NCBI RefSeq assembly: GCF_003966335.1
Contig: NZ_CP034549.1
Coordinates: 990,001 to 1,022,000 of the forward strand
Length of the DNA stretch: 32,000 nt
Direction of reading: 5' to 3'
Source of the DNA: Nonlabens ponticola
GTDB lineage: Bacteria > Bacteroidota > Bacteroidia > Flavobacteriales > Flavobacteriaceae
In this document: one piece after another, positions 10,139-17,045 of the stretch
Layout: every line of letters begins with the position of its first letter
Numbering within the stretch: position 1 is the stretch's first letter
Position numbers and translations under genes: made by a program
The notes under the pieces: generated by a model
What the model was told of the DNA's origin: nothing
The model's input: the letters and a program-made list of their open reading frames with translations, nothing else
Databases searched by the model: none

Positions 10139-12484
10139 ATGAAAATCATTTCATTTTTTTCTTGGCGATATATTCCAGCCTTAGGTTTATTAATTCTTTT
10201 ATCTGCTTGTTCAGATGATCAAACAAAGCCATCAAAAGCTAGTATAATTCAAGGTCAAACCTTGCCAGTTTATGCAAATAATGCTGGAGTTCAAATTGAC
10301 GTGCGTGATTTTTTGGTGGAGACTTCTCAGCTAGACAGTATTACAGCAACTCATGGCCTGGTTATCGAGAAGAGATCAGAATTTCTCTACGGCGTTCTGT
10401 TTGGTAGTAATGACCCATTCGTAAATCTGGTAACGCTGTGGACTGACGGCGTACGCAACGACATTCCGTTTATCAAGAAAGACGAGATGACCGCTTCTCT
10501 AATTTATGATGGAGACGCAGAAAATGTGCAGATCAAAGGTGAGTTTACCAACTGGTCACTTCAAGATCTCAAGGAAGAAGATGGCGAGCGTTATTATCTG
10601 GCTACCATTCCTAAAGGTAATTTTCAGTATCTGTTTGTTGAAAATGGAGTTGAAGAGCAATTAGATCCCAACGATCTTGACGTCGTGAGCAACGGCATGG
10701 GCGGCTATAACAGATTGCTTAGAAATACACCTAGCAAAAAAGCACCACGTCTCAGCTTGGGTCAAATCACTGAGGACGGTTTTACATTCAAGGCCAATGA
10801 AAAACTCGATCAGCTGTATGTTCTGTATGCCAATCAGAAGATAGAAGTACAGCAAGACAGTTTGAGTTATAAAGTTGATCTGCCTAAAGTTGATTTTACC
10901 AACCGTAATAATAAGACGCAGCTAGTGCGTGTCTATGGTGGTAATCTATCAGGGATTGCAAACGACTTGTTGATTCCCGTACAGGATGGAAAAGTCGTTA
11001 CGGATCCAGATCAATTATCACGTACAGATCATCATGCTCAAGTGCTATATTTCATGATGGTAGATCGTTTCTTGGACGGCGATCCATCAAACTCAAGCAA
11101 GGTGGATGATCCTGAGGTCTTGCCACAAGCCAATTACATGGGTGGCGATCTTGCTGGCGTACTGCAAAAAATTAATGACGGCTATTTTGAAGAATTGGGT
11201 ATCAATACCATCTGGTTATCGCCCATCACTCAAAACCCTGAAGGAGCCTACGGTCTTTGGCCAGAACCTCGTACAAAATTCAGCGGTTATCATGGTTACT
11301 GGCCTGTTTCAAATACCAAGATTGACGACCGATTTGGCGATCGACAGCTTATGCAGAACATCATCGCCGCGGCACACGAGCGAGACATCAATGTCATCTT
11401 AGATTATGTCGCAAACCATGTGCATGAAGAGCATCCAGTATATCAAAACAACCCAGATTGGGCTACAGATTTGTACTTGCCAGACGGCTCGCTAAATACA
11501 GAGCGTTGGGACGATCATCGCTTGACCACCTGGTTTGACACGTTCATGCCCACGCTGGATTTCTCAAAGCCAGAGGTAGTTGAAAAAATGACTGATTCTG
11601 CACTTTACTGGATGACAGAGTATGATCTGGACGGTTTCCGTCATGATGCGACAAAGCATGTTCCTGAGGTTTACTGGAAAACGCTCACGAGAAAAATACG
11701 CCAGAATACTGATCGACCTTTCTACCAGATTGGCGAGACTTACGGCTCGTACGACCTCATACGCAGCTACCTGAGTACTGGGATGCTAGATGCTCAGTTT
11801 GATTTTAATATGTATGATAGTGGTGTTTCCGCTTTCGCGAAAGCGGACAAATCATACAGCAATCTAACACAAACACTAGCCAAAGGACTGGATTACTACG
11901 GTCATCACCACTTGATGGGCAACATATCAGGAAACCAAGATCGTGCGAGATTCATAAGCTATGCCAGCGGCGACGTGTCATTTGATGAAGATGCCAAAGC
12001 AGCTGGGTGGACTAGAGATGTCATGATGAGCGACTCTACTGCTTATGATCGATTGGGAATGTTGCACGCTTTCAACATGACGATTCCTGGCGTTCCCGTG
12101 ATTTATTATGGTGATGAGTATGGCAGCATAGGAGCAAACGATCCTGACAACAGGCGCATGATGAAGTTTGATGATTTGAGTGAGCGCGAGCTTAAGTTGA
12201 AAGAACTCACAAAGCAATTGGTTGACTTGCGTCGCAATTCCATTTCCTTGATCTATGGCACCACAGAAATTGTGAGTGAAAGCAATGGTATGCTTTTCTT
12301 AAGAAGGACTTATTTTGACGAGGTCACCATGATCTTTTTCAATGAAAATCCTATATCTTTTAATGTAGTGAAAAAGCCAGGCGATGATGTTGCCGTAAAA
12401 ACAGTAAATGCCATTGAGAGCAAAACGCACTACCAAGTACCAGCAAAGAATTTTGCCATGGTCCAATTGAAAAACAAAAAATAA
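10139..12484 (+). CDS. GH13-family lipoprotein with N-terminal accessory/CBM48-like domain
   Basis: 781 aa with a lipobox (LLSAC). An E-set/CBM48-like segment (IKGEFTNWSL...YYLATIPKGNFQYLFVENG) is followed by the GH13 core: VDRFLDGDPSN, DYVANH, DGFRHDATKH, QIGETYG, GNQDRARF. Confidence 0.85.
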   Translation: MKIISFFSWRYIPALGLLILLSACSDDQTKPSKASIIQGQTLPVYANNAGVQIDVRDFLVETSQLDSITATHGLVIEKRSEFLYGVLFGSNDPFVNLVTLWTDGVRNDIPFIKKDEMTASLIYDGDAENVQIKGEFTNWSLQDLKEEDGERYYLATIPKGNFQYLFVENGVEEQLDPNDLDVVSNGMGGYNRLLRNTPSKKAPRLSLGQITEDGFTFKANEKLDQLYVLYANQKIEVQQDSLSYKVDLPKVDFTNRNNKTQLVRVYGGNLSGIANDLLIPVQDGKVVTDPDQLSRTDHHAQVLYFMMVDRFLDGDPSNSSKVDDPEVLPQANYMGGDLAGVLQKINDGYFEELGINTIWLSPITQNPEGAYGLWPEPRTKFSGYHGYWPVSNTKIDDRFGDRQLMQNIIAAAHERDINVILDYVANHVHEEHPVYQNNPDWATDLYLPDGSLNTERWDDHRLTTWFDTFMPTLDFSKPEVVEKMTDSALYWMTEYDLDGFRHDATKHVPEVYWKTLTRKIRQNTDRPFYQIGETYGSYDLIRSYLSTGMLDAQFDFNMYDSGVSAFAKADKSYSNLTQTLAKGLDYYGHHHLMGNISGNQDRARFISYASGDVSFDEDAKAAGWTRDVMMSDSTAYDRLGMLHAFNMTIPGVPVIYYGDEYGSIGANDPDNRRMMKFDDLSERELKLKELTKQLVDLRRNSISLIYGTTEIVSESNGMLFLRRTYFDEVTMIFFNENPISFNVVKKPGDDVAVKTVNAIESKTHYQVPAKNFAMVQLKNKK
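11831..11844. repeat. Iterated palindrome, copy inside a GH13 core
   Basis: Perfect copy covering codons 565-569, A-F-A-K-A (GVSAFAKADKS). Flanked by CC...GG, giving an 18-bp perfect palindrome. Confidence 0.95.
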
Positions 12485-12527
12485 TATTCAATCCAGTAGG
12501 ATTGCCAACCATCTTAAATTTTAAATT

Positions 12528-13958
12528 ATGAAAAAATGTATTTGGTCTTTATTTGTGCTAGCGATGCTGGTGGCATGTAAAGAAGAAAAACCAGTAACAG
12601 AAGAAACACCAGAGCAACAAAAGGAACTGGCCGCAACTCAAGAAGATTTGCATGCTGATATGGAAAATGCCATTATCTATGAGGCAAATATACGTCAGTA
12701 CTCACCAGAAGGTACTTTTGCAGAATTCACAAAGGACATTCCGCAACTTAAGGAGCTGGGTGTTGAGGTGATCTGGTTGATGCCAATTTTTCCAATATCA
12801 GAAAAGAATAGAAAGGCAGAAGGAAACTTGTTGGTAGAAGATATCAAAGATCCAGAAGAGCGTAAAAAATACTTAGGTAGTTATTATGCCGTGGCTGATT
12901 ATGAAAAGATCAATCCGGATCTAGGAACTGATGAGGATTTGCAACAGCTTATTGATACTGCTCATGAGAATGGTATGTATGTGATCCTGGATTGGGTGGC
13001 AAACCATACTGGTTGGGATAACTGGTGGATCAATGAACATCCAGAATACTATACCAAAAATGATGCTGGCGAGGTGATACATCCAGCAGGCACTGATTGG
13101 ACGGATACGGCTGATTTGAATTATGAGAACCAAGAATTGAGAACAGCCATGAGCAACGCCATGAAATATTGGGTATCTAAATTTAATATTGACGGCTACC
13201 GCTGTGATGTGGCAAACATGGTTCCTACCGACTTTTGGAATAAAAATAATGCCGAGCTGAGAGAAATGAAACCAGTCTTCATGCTAGCAGAAAGCAACCA
13301 AGCTGATCTATTTGAAGAAGCATTTGATATGGGCTATAATTGGGGCTTGCATCACATCATGAACGATTTAGCTCAAGGTGAGACTGATGTTAATGAATTA
13401 GATGAATACATGATGGCTATGGATACTACATACCAGAAAGATGACTACTTCATGAATTTCGTCACCAACCACGATGAGAACTCGTGGAATGGTAGCGTCA
13501 AAGAGCGCATGGGTAATGCCAGCGAGGCAATGCTAGCTATGTCTTATGCTGTTCCAGGAATGCCTTTGATCTATTCAGGTCAGGAATATGGTATGGACAA
13601 GCGCTTGAAGTTTTTTGAAAAAGACTCTATTCCTAAGCAAAAGGGAAAGGTTTGGGAAAGTATGAAAAAACTAACTGAATTAAAGTCGAATAATCCAGCC
13701 TTACACGGTGGTAGAAATGCTGCAGATTATCAGCGACTAGAAACCAACGATGATGATAATATCTATGCCTTCCAGCGATCTAAAGATGGTAATAAAATCA
13801 TGTATGTCGCTAACCTTTCAGAAGAGCCTGTCTCTGTTGGACTAATGTCTGTGTCAGGAGAGTTTGTCAATGTGATGACCGATCAGCCGGTAACGTTGAA
13901 AGAAAATCAAAAGGTCACTCTGGCACCATTTGAGTTCCTGTTGCTACAACCTAAATAA
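12528..13958 (+). CDS. GH13 alpha-amylase lipoprotein
   Basis: 476 aa with a lipobox (LVAC). GH13 regions present: DWVANH, DGYRCDVANM, MLAESN, TNHDENS. Confidence 0.85.
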   Translation: MKKCIWSLFVLAMLVACKEEKPVTEETPEQQKELAATQEDLHADMENAIIYEANIRQYSPEGTFAEFTKDIPQLKELGVEVIWLMPIFPISEKNRKAEGNLLVEDIKDPEERKKYLGSYYAVADYEKINPDLGTDEDLQQLIDTAHENGMYVILDWVANHTGWDNWWINEHPEYYTKNDAGEVIHPAGTDWTDTADLNYENQELRTAMSNAMKYWVSKFNIDGYRCDVANMVPTDFWNKNNAELREMKPVFMLAESNQADLFEEAFDMGYNWGLHHIMNDLAQGETDVNELDEYMMAMDTTYQKDDYFMNFVTNHDENSWNGSVKERMGNASEAMLAMSYAVPGMPLIYSGQEYGMDKRLKFFEKDSIPKQKGKVWESMKKLTELKSNNPALHGGRNAADYQRLETNDDDNIYAFQRSKDGNKIMYVANLSEEPVSVGLMSVSGEFVNVMTDQPVTLKENQKVTLAPFEFLLLQPK

Positions 13959-13978
13959 TTGAAAAGTGTTAATGATAG

Positions 13979-14011
13979 AAAAGCCGCTATTGTTGAATAG
14001 CGGCTTTTTTA
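13979..14011. terminator. Bidirectional rho-independent terminator between convergent genes
   Basis: AAAAGCCGCTATT-GTTG-AATAGCGGCTTTT is a 13-bp perfect stem. It is flanked by an A-run on one side and a T-run on the other. It lies 20 nt after the GH13 stop and directly abuts the stop of the minus-strand small ORF. Confidence 0.85.
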
Positions 14012-14200
14012 TTAAGATTCCTGATTTCCTTGAGCTTGATACTTCATGATAGAAACTCCAGCAAAAAAGAAAATTACTCCTAGAATAATACACGGCCAGG
14101 TGCCGCTACCCATTTCCATAGTTCCAAATGCGCCCAGCACTCCTAATACAAGCGCTATAGCACCACCTACGGTCATAATACCTCCTAATATCTTTGTCAT
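14012..14200 (-). CDS. Small membrane protein (62 aa, two predicted TM helices)
   Basis: MTKILGGIMTVGGAIALVLGVLGAF...WPCIILGVIFFFAGVSIM contains two hydrophobic helices. The ORF ends directly at the bidirectional terminator. No family was recognised. Confidence 0.55.
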   Translation of the reverse strand: MTKILGGIMTVGGAIALVLGVLGAFGTMEMGSGTWPCIILGVIFFFAGVSIMKYQAQGNQES

Positions 14201-14369
14201 AATATGTGTTTTGGTTATACCAAATCTAAAAGAATCCTGCAGGATAAGTGTTTGTTTAACTTGTATTTAAATGATGGGAGCAGTTTAATTCCCATGATCA
14301 TCAATTTAAATAATGCCCTGTTGATTTGATTGAGAGGTGGCTATCGTATTTTGCTCACTTAAAATCAAA

Positions 14370-14708
14370 ATGATGCAAAAGACTTATTACGATCCCAAAG
14401 ACCTTAAGAAATTTGGCAAAATCACAGAATGGAGCGAAGAATTAGGAACAAAGTTCTTTGACTACTATGGTAAAGTATTTGAAGAAGGTGCGCTCACAGC
14501 CCGTGAGAAATCATTGATCGCATTAGCAGTGTCACACACGGTTCACTGTCCGTACTGTATCGATGCCTACACTAGTGATGGATTAAAAAGAGGTATCACC
14601 AAGGAAGAAATGATGGAAGCCGTGCACGTCGCAGGAGCCATACAAGGTGGTGCCACACTAGTTCATGGCGTTCAAATGATGAACAAAGTCAATAAGCTTG
14701 AGATGTGA
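14370..14708 (+). CDS. AhpD/carboxymuconolactone-decarboxylase-like protein of the type associated with ArsS radical SAM enzymes (peroxidase-like)
   Basis: MMQKTYYDPKDLKKFGKI...REKSLIALAVSHTVHCPYCIDAYT...VHVAGAIQGGATLVHGVQM carries the AhpD-type CxxC motif. Size and sequence resemble the family I know as the arsenosugar-biosynthesis-associated peroxidase-like protein. I prefer the start at ATG 14370 over the GTG at 14337 in the ORF track. Confidence 0.8.
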   Translation: MMQKTYYDPKDLKKFGKITEWSEELGTKFFDYYGKVFEEGALTAREKSLIALAVSHTVHCPYCIDAYTSDGLKRGITKEEMMEAVHVAGAIQGGATLVHGVQMMNKVNKLEM

Positions 14709-14748
14709 GCAATTTGTTAGCGTTGTAAACAACGCTTTACAAATGCTC

Positions 14749-15028
14749 ATCCCAAAAAGTCGCGCAACGACTTATTTGGGATCTAGATTTTATTACCGCA
14801 GTAATCTGTATGAAGTAGCGAGCTAGAACCTACCACAGACTTCTGCCTAAGCAGAAACGTAGAAGTTGCTATCCCAGAAAATCGCGAGAGCGATTTATCT
14901 GGGATCTACCTAGTCGCTATCCCAAAAATCTGTAAAATGTACTGAGCTACAACCTACCACAAACCTCTGCCTAAGCAGAAACGTAGAACTGCTATCCTGG
15001 AAAATTGCGAGAGCGACTTGCCTAAGAT
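14749..15028. repeat. Composite intergenic repeat: hairpin modules plus a roughly 90-bp unit duplicated with a 124-bp period
   Basis: Unit 1 (14815-14906) and unit 2 (14939-15028) align along their length. Both read GTA(G/C)(C/T)GAGCTA(G/C)AACCTACCACA(G/A)AC(T/C)TCTGCCTAAGCAGAAACGTAGAA..GCTATCC(C/T)(A/G)GAAAAT(C/T)GCGAGAGCGA... A related hairpin, ATCCCAAAAAGTCG-CGCAA-CGACTTATTTGGGAT, lies at 14749-14782, and a half copy lies at 14916-14930. Confidence 0.85.
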
Positions 15029-15167
15029 TTAAAATACTGATTTCTATCACCATAGATAAGAGTGATCACGTTGTGAAACTTTTGTTAACTATTTATCGTA
15101 AATATGCATTACGATTGGCGTGCTCATAAAGGATGAGCCGTCATTTATTAAACCGAGAAATGCCTGT

Positions 15168-16241
15168 ATGAGTGTTGCTGTGAATACCAAGAAGAGTCTC
15201 AAAAAAAGAGATTCTGACCTAGCTAATATTAACAAACAAATGGAGATCCTTAACGGTGAACCATTTTCAGATGGCGAGTTGCCGTCTTTTGCCATGAAGA
15301 TCAAGGAGACTAATCAGTTTCCGCTCAGGCCTAAAAAACTCGAGATACTGCAGGTCAATGTAGGTTATATGTGTAATCAGGTTTGCGCGCACTGTCATGT
15401 GGATGCTGGACCTGACCGCAAAGAGATCATGACGCGCGACACCATGCAGCAAATTCTGGACGTGATCAAAACTACCGAGGCACACACGCTTGACCTGACA
15501 GGTGGCGCACCAGAGATGAATCCTGATTTCCGATGGTTTGTAGAAGAAGCTGCCAAAGCTGGTATCCAAGACTTCATCGTGCGATCCAACTTGACGATCA
15601 TACGCGCCAATCCTAAATATTACGATCTGCCTGATTTTTTCAAGAAGCACAATATCCACGTGGTATCATCCATGCCACACTGGACTAAGGGTAAGACTGA
15701 CAAACAACGCGGCGATGGTGTTTTTGACAAGTCCATCAAGGCACTTCAAGAATTGAACGATCGCGGTTACGGTATGCCTGACAGCGATCTACGTTTAGAT
15801 CTAGTTTATAATCCTAGTGGTGCTTACCTGCCAGGCGATCAGGCCAGTATGGAAAAGGAAATGAAAGCTGCTTTGTTAGAAGATTTCGGCATCCAGTTTC
15901 ACAATCTATTTGCTATCACCAATCTGCCTATTGCTAGATTTTTGGATTATCTAGTGGCTAGCGAAAACTATGAAGATTATATGTATGCGCTTGTAGAGGC
16001 CTACAATCCTGCTGCGGTTGCTAACGTGATGTGTACCAATACCATTTCCATTTCCTGGGATGGCTGGTTGTACGACTGCGACTTTAACCAGATGTTGGAT
16101 TTAAAAGTTGATAACAAGATCCAGCACATCAGCGATTACAACGAGGATTTATTGAATGATCGTAAGATCCAGATATCTCAACACTGCTATGGTTGTACCG
16201 CTGGTGCAGGTAGTAGTTGTCAAGGTGTCGTTGCAGAGTAA
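15168..16241 (+). CDS. arsS: Radical SAM/Cys-rich-domain enzyme, ArsS-like (arsenosugar-biosynthesis-type radical SAM family)
   Basis: It has the CNQVCAHCHVDAGP CxxxCxxC radical SAM motif. The C-terminal Cys-rich region (WLYDCDFNQ...HCYGCTAGAGSSCQG) is characteristic of the radical SAM/Cys-rich family. I prefer the ATG at 15168 (MSVAVNTKKSLKKRDSDL...) to the GTG at 15120, which sits in the repeat-rich spacer. Confidence 0.8.
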   Translation: MSVAVNTKKSLKKRDSDLANINKQMEILNGEPFSDGELPSFAMKIKETNQFPLRPKKLEILQVNVGYMCNQVCAHCHVDAGPDRKEIMTRDTMQQILDVIKTTEAHTLDLTGGAPEMNPDFRWFVEEAAKAGIQDFIVRSNLTIIRANPKYYDLPDFFKKHNIHVVSSMPHWTKGKTDKQRGDGVFDKSIKALQELNDRGYGMPDSDLRLDLVYNPSGAYLPGDQASMEKEMKAALLEDFGIQFHNLFAITNLPIARFLDYLVASENYEDYMYALVEAYNPAAVANVMCTNTISISWDGWLYDCDFNQMLDLKVDNKIQHISDYNEDLLNDRKIQISQHCYGCTAGAGSSCQGVVAE

Positions 16242-16260
16242 ATAAGAAATTATGGATTAC

Positions 16261-16274
16261 GCTTTCGCGGAAGC
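16261..16274. repeat. Iterated palindrome, one-mismatch variant GCTTTCGCGGAAGC
   Basis: Carries the conserved TTAC...GGA flanks. It lies 20 nt after the radical SAM stop, inside the short ATG-initiated frame that is in phase with the downstream transferase-like gene. Confidence 0.8.
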
Positions 16275-16368
16275 GGACTTGAAACCAATTATATAACAAG
16301 TAACCATCAACAACCAACCATCAAATACAGCCATACTAGTCTTCGCGCAAACCGCGCAGGCTGATGCT

Positions 16369-16995
16369 GTGCATAAATCTATCGCATATCATCAAAAGTT
16401 GATGGCAGAATTGAATGGTCATGTCCTCAAGACTGTCCGAAAGAGCGGTCTGGACTATTTTCATATCACCGAAAGCGATCAACATGGAGACAGTTTTGGC
16501 GCTCGATTTTCAAATGCTATTCAGAGCGTTTTTGAAAAAGGGTATGAGCAAGTCATTTGTGTTGGTAACGATACGCCACAATTAACAACGCTACACATAT
16601 TTACCGCAGTTGATTCTTTAGCTACAGGTCATGCAGTTAATGGTCCGTCGATCGATGGTGGTTATTATCTCATGGGAATTCATGCTCATGAATTCGACGC
16701 TGGTTCTTTTGAGAGCTTGCCATGGCAAACTGAAAATCTTGCTACCGCTTATCGAGAGCTTCAAGAAGATATAGGTATCATCTCTGACAATCTAGAACCG
16801 TTGATGGATCTCGATTCTGCAAGCGATTTGTATCAGTTTGTAAAAGGGAAAGATTCACGTAAATGTCTGATCAATATCATCAAGCATATTTTTGATGAGA
16901 ATTCACAGGTGTATGCAACGCAATCAGATCGTATATATCAAATCGTTTTCTCAAGTCCTTTAAACAAAGGATCGCCTACTGCGCTAGCAGCATAG
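16369..16995 (+). CDS. DUF2064 / TIGR04282-like glycosyltransferase-fold protein (radical SAM-associated); 5' end unresolved
   Basis: Motifs such as GDSFGARFSNAIQSVFEKGYEQVICVGNDTPQL and GPSIDGGYYLMG match my memory of this family. The GTG at 16369 is the first canonical start. Conserved-looking N-terminal sequence (TAILVFAQTAQADAV) is encoded in frame upstream of it (see findings). Confidence 0.7.
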   Translation: MHKSIAYHQKLMAELNGHVLKTVRKSGLDYFHITESDQHGDSFGARFSNAIQSVFEKGYEQVICVGNDTPQLTTLHIFTAVDSLATGHAVNGPSIDGGYYLMGIHAHEFDAGSFESLPWQTENLATAYRELQEDIGIISDNLEPLMDLDSASDLYQFVKGKDSRKCLINIIKHIFDENSQVYATQSDRIYQIVFSSPLNKGSPTALAA

Positions 16996-17045
16996 AAATC
17001 TGGCTTATTCTAGCCAACCCATTTTATCAATCTTATTAATTTTTC

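Noticed and set aside
14046-14270. Plus-strand 74-aa ORF overlapping the minus-strand 62-aa membrane-protein ORF.
   Set aside because: The plus-frame product is a Pro/Ile/Asn-rich mirror-image translation. The minus-strand product has two clean TM helices and ends precisely at the bidirectional terminator. I kept only the minus-strand call, at moderate confidence.
14337-14369. GTG-initiated 11-codon extension of the AhpD-like ORF. The same situation applies to TTG 30074/ATG 30077 ahead of metY and TTG 24169 ahead of the rhodanese.
   Set aside because: The downstream ATGs give N-termini matching the usual family starts (MMQKTYYDP..., MSTSNFATQSLHTG..., MRSLLVL...). These are start-site choices, not separate features.
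14706-14736. The TGA stop of the AhpD-like gene is followed by three sense codons and then TAG. Read through as Sec, this gives ...EM-U-A-I-C-stop, a UxxC-like tail. A hairpin starts 10 nt downstream, so I considered a selenocysteine recoding site with a bacterial SECIS. Some members of this radical-SAM-associated family are selenoproteins.
   Set aside because: In the selenoprotein members I know of, Sec replaces a Cys of the internal CxxC motif, which is intact here (CPYC). The hairpin is only 7 bp, and its UAAA loop lacks the conserved G/GU of bacterial SECIS loops. No selA/selB/selC/selD genes are visible, and Flavobacteriia generally lack the Sec machinery. A plain stop codon is far more likely.
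14749-15028. Repeated roughly 35-nt hairpin modules separated by other sequence, considered as a small CRISPR array.
   Set aside because: There are only two to three units. The supposed spacers are themselves repeated (the whole 90-bp unit is duplicated), the repeats are diverged, and no cas genes are present. This is a REP/BIME-like mosaic, not a CRISPR array.
15120-15167. GTG-initiated 16-codon N-terminal extension of the radical SAM ORF, as given in the ORF track.
   Set aside because: The extension begins in the repeat-rich spacer. The ATG at 15168 gives an N-terminus (MSVAVNTKKSLKKRDSDL...) of the usual length for this family. The extension cannot be excluded without homologue alignment.
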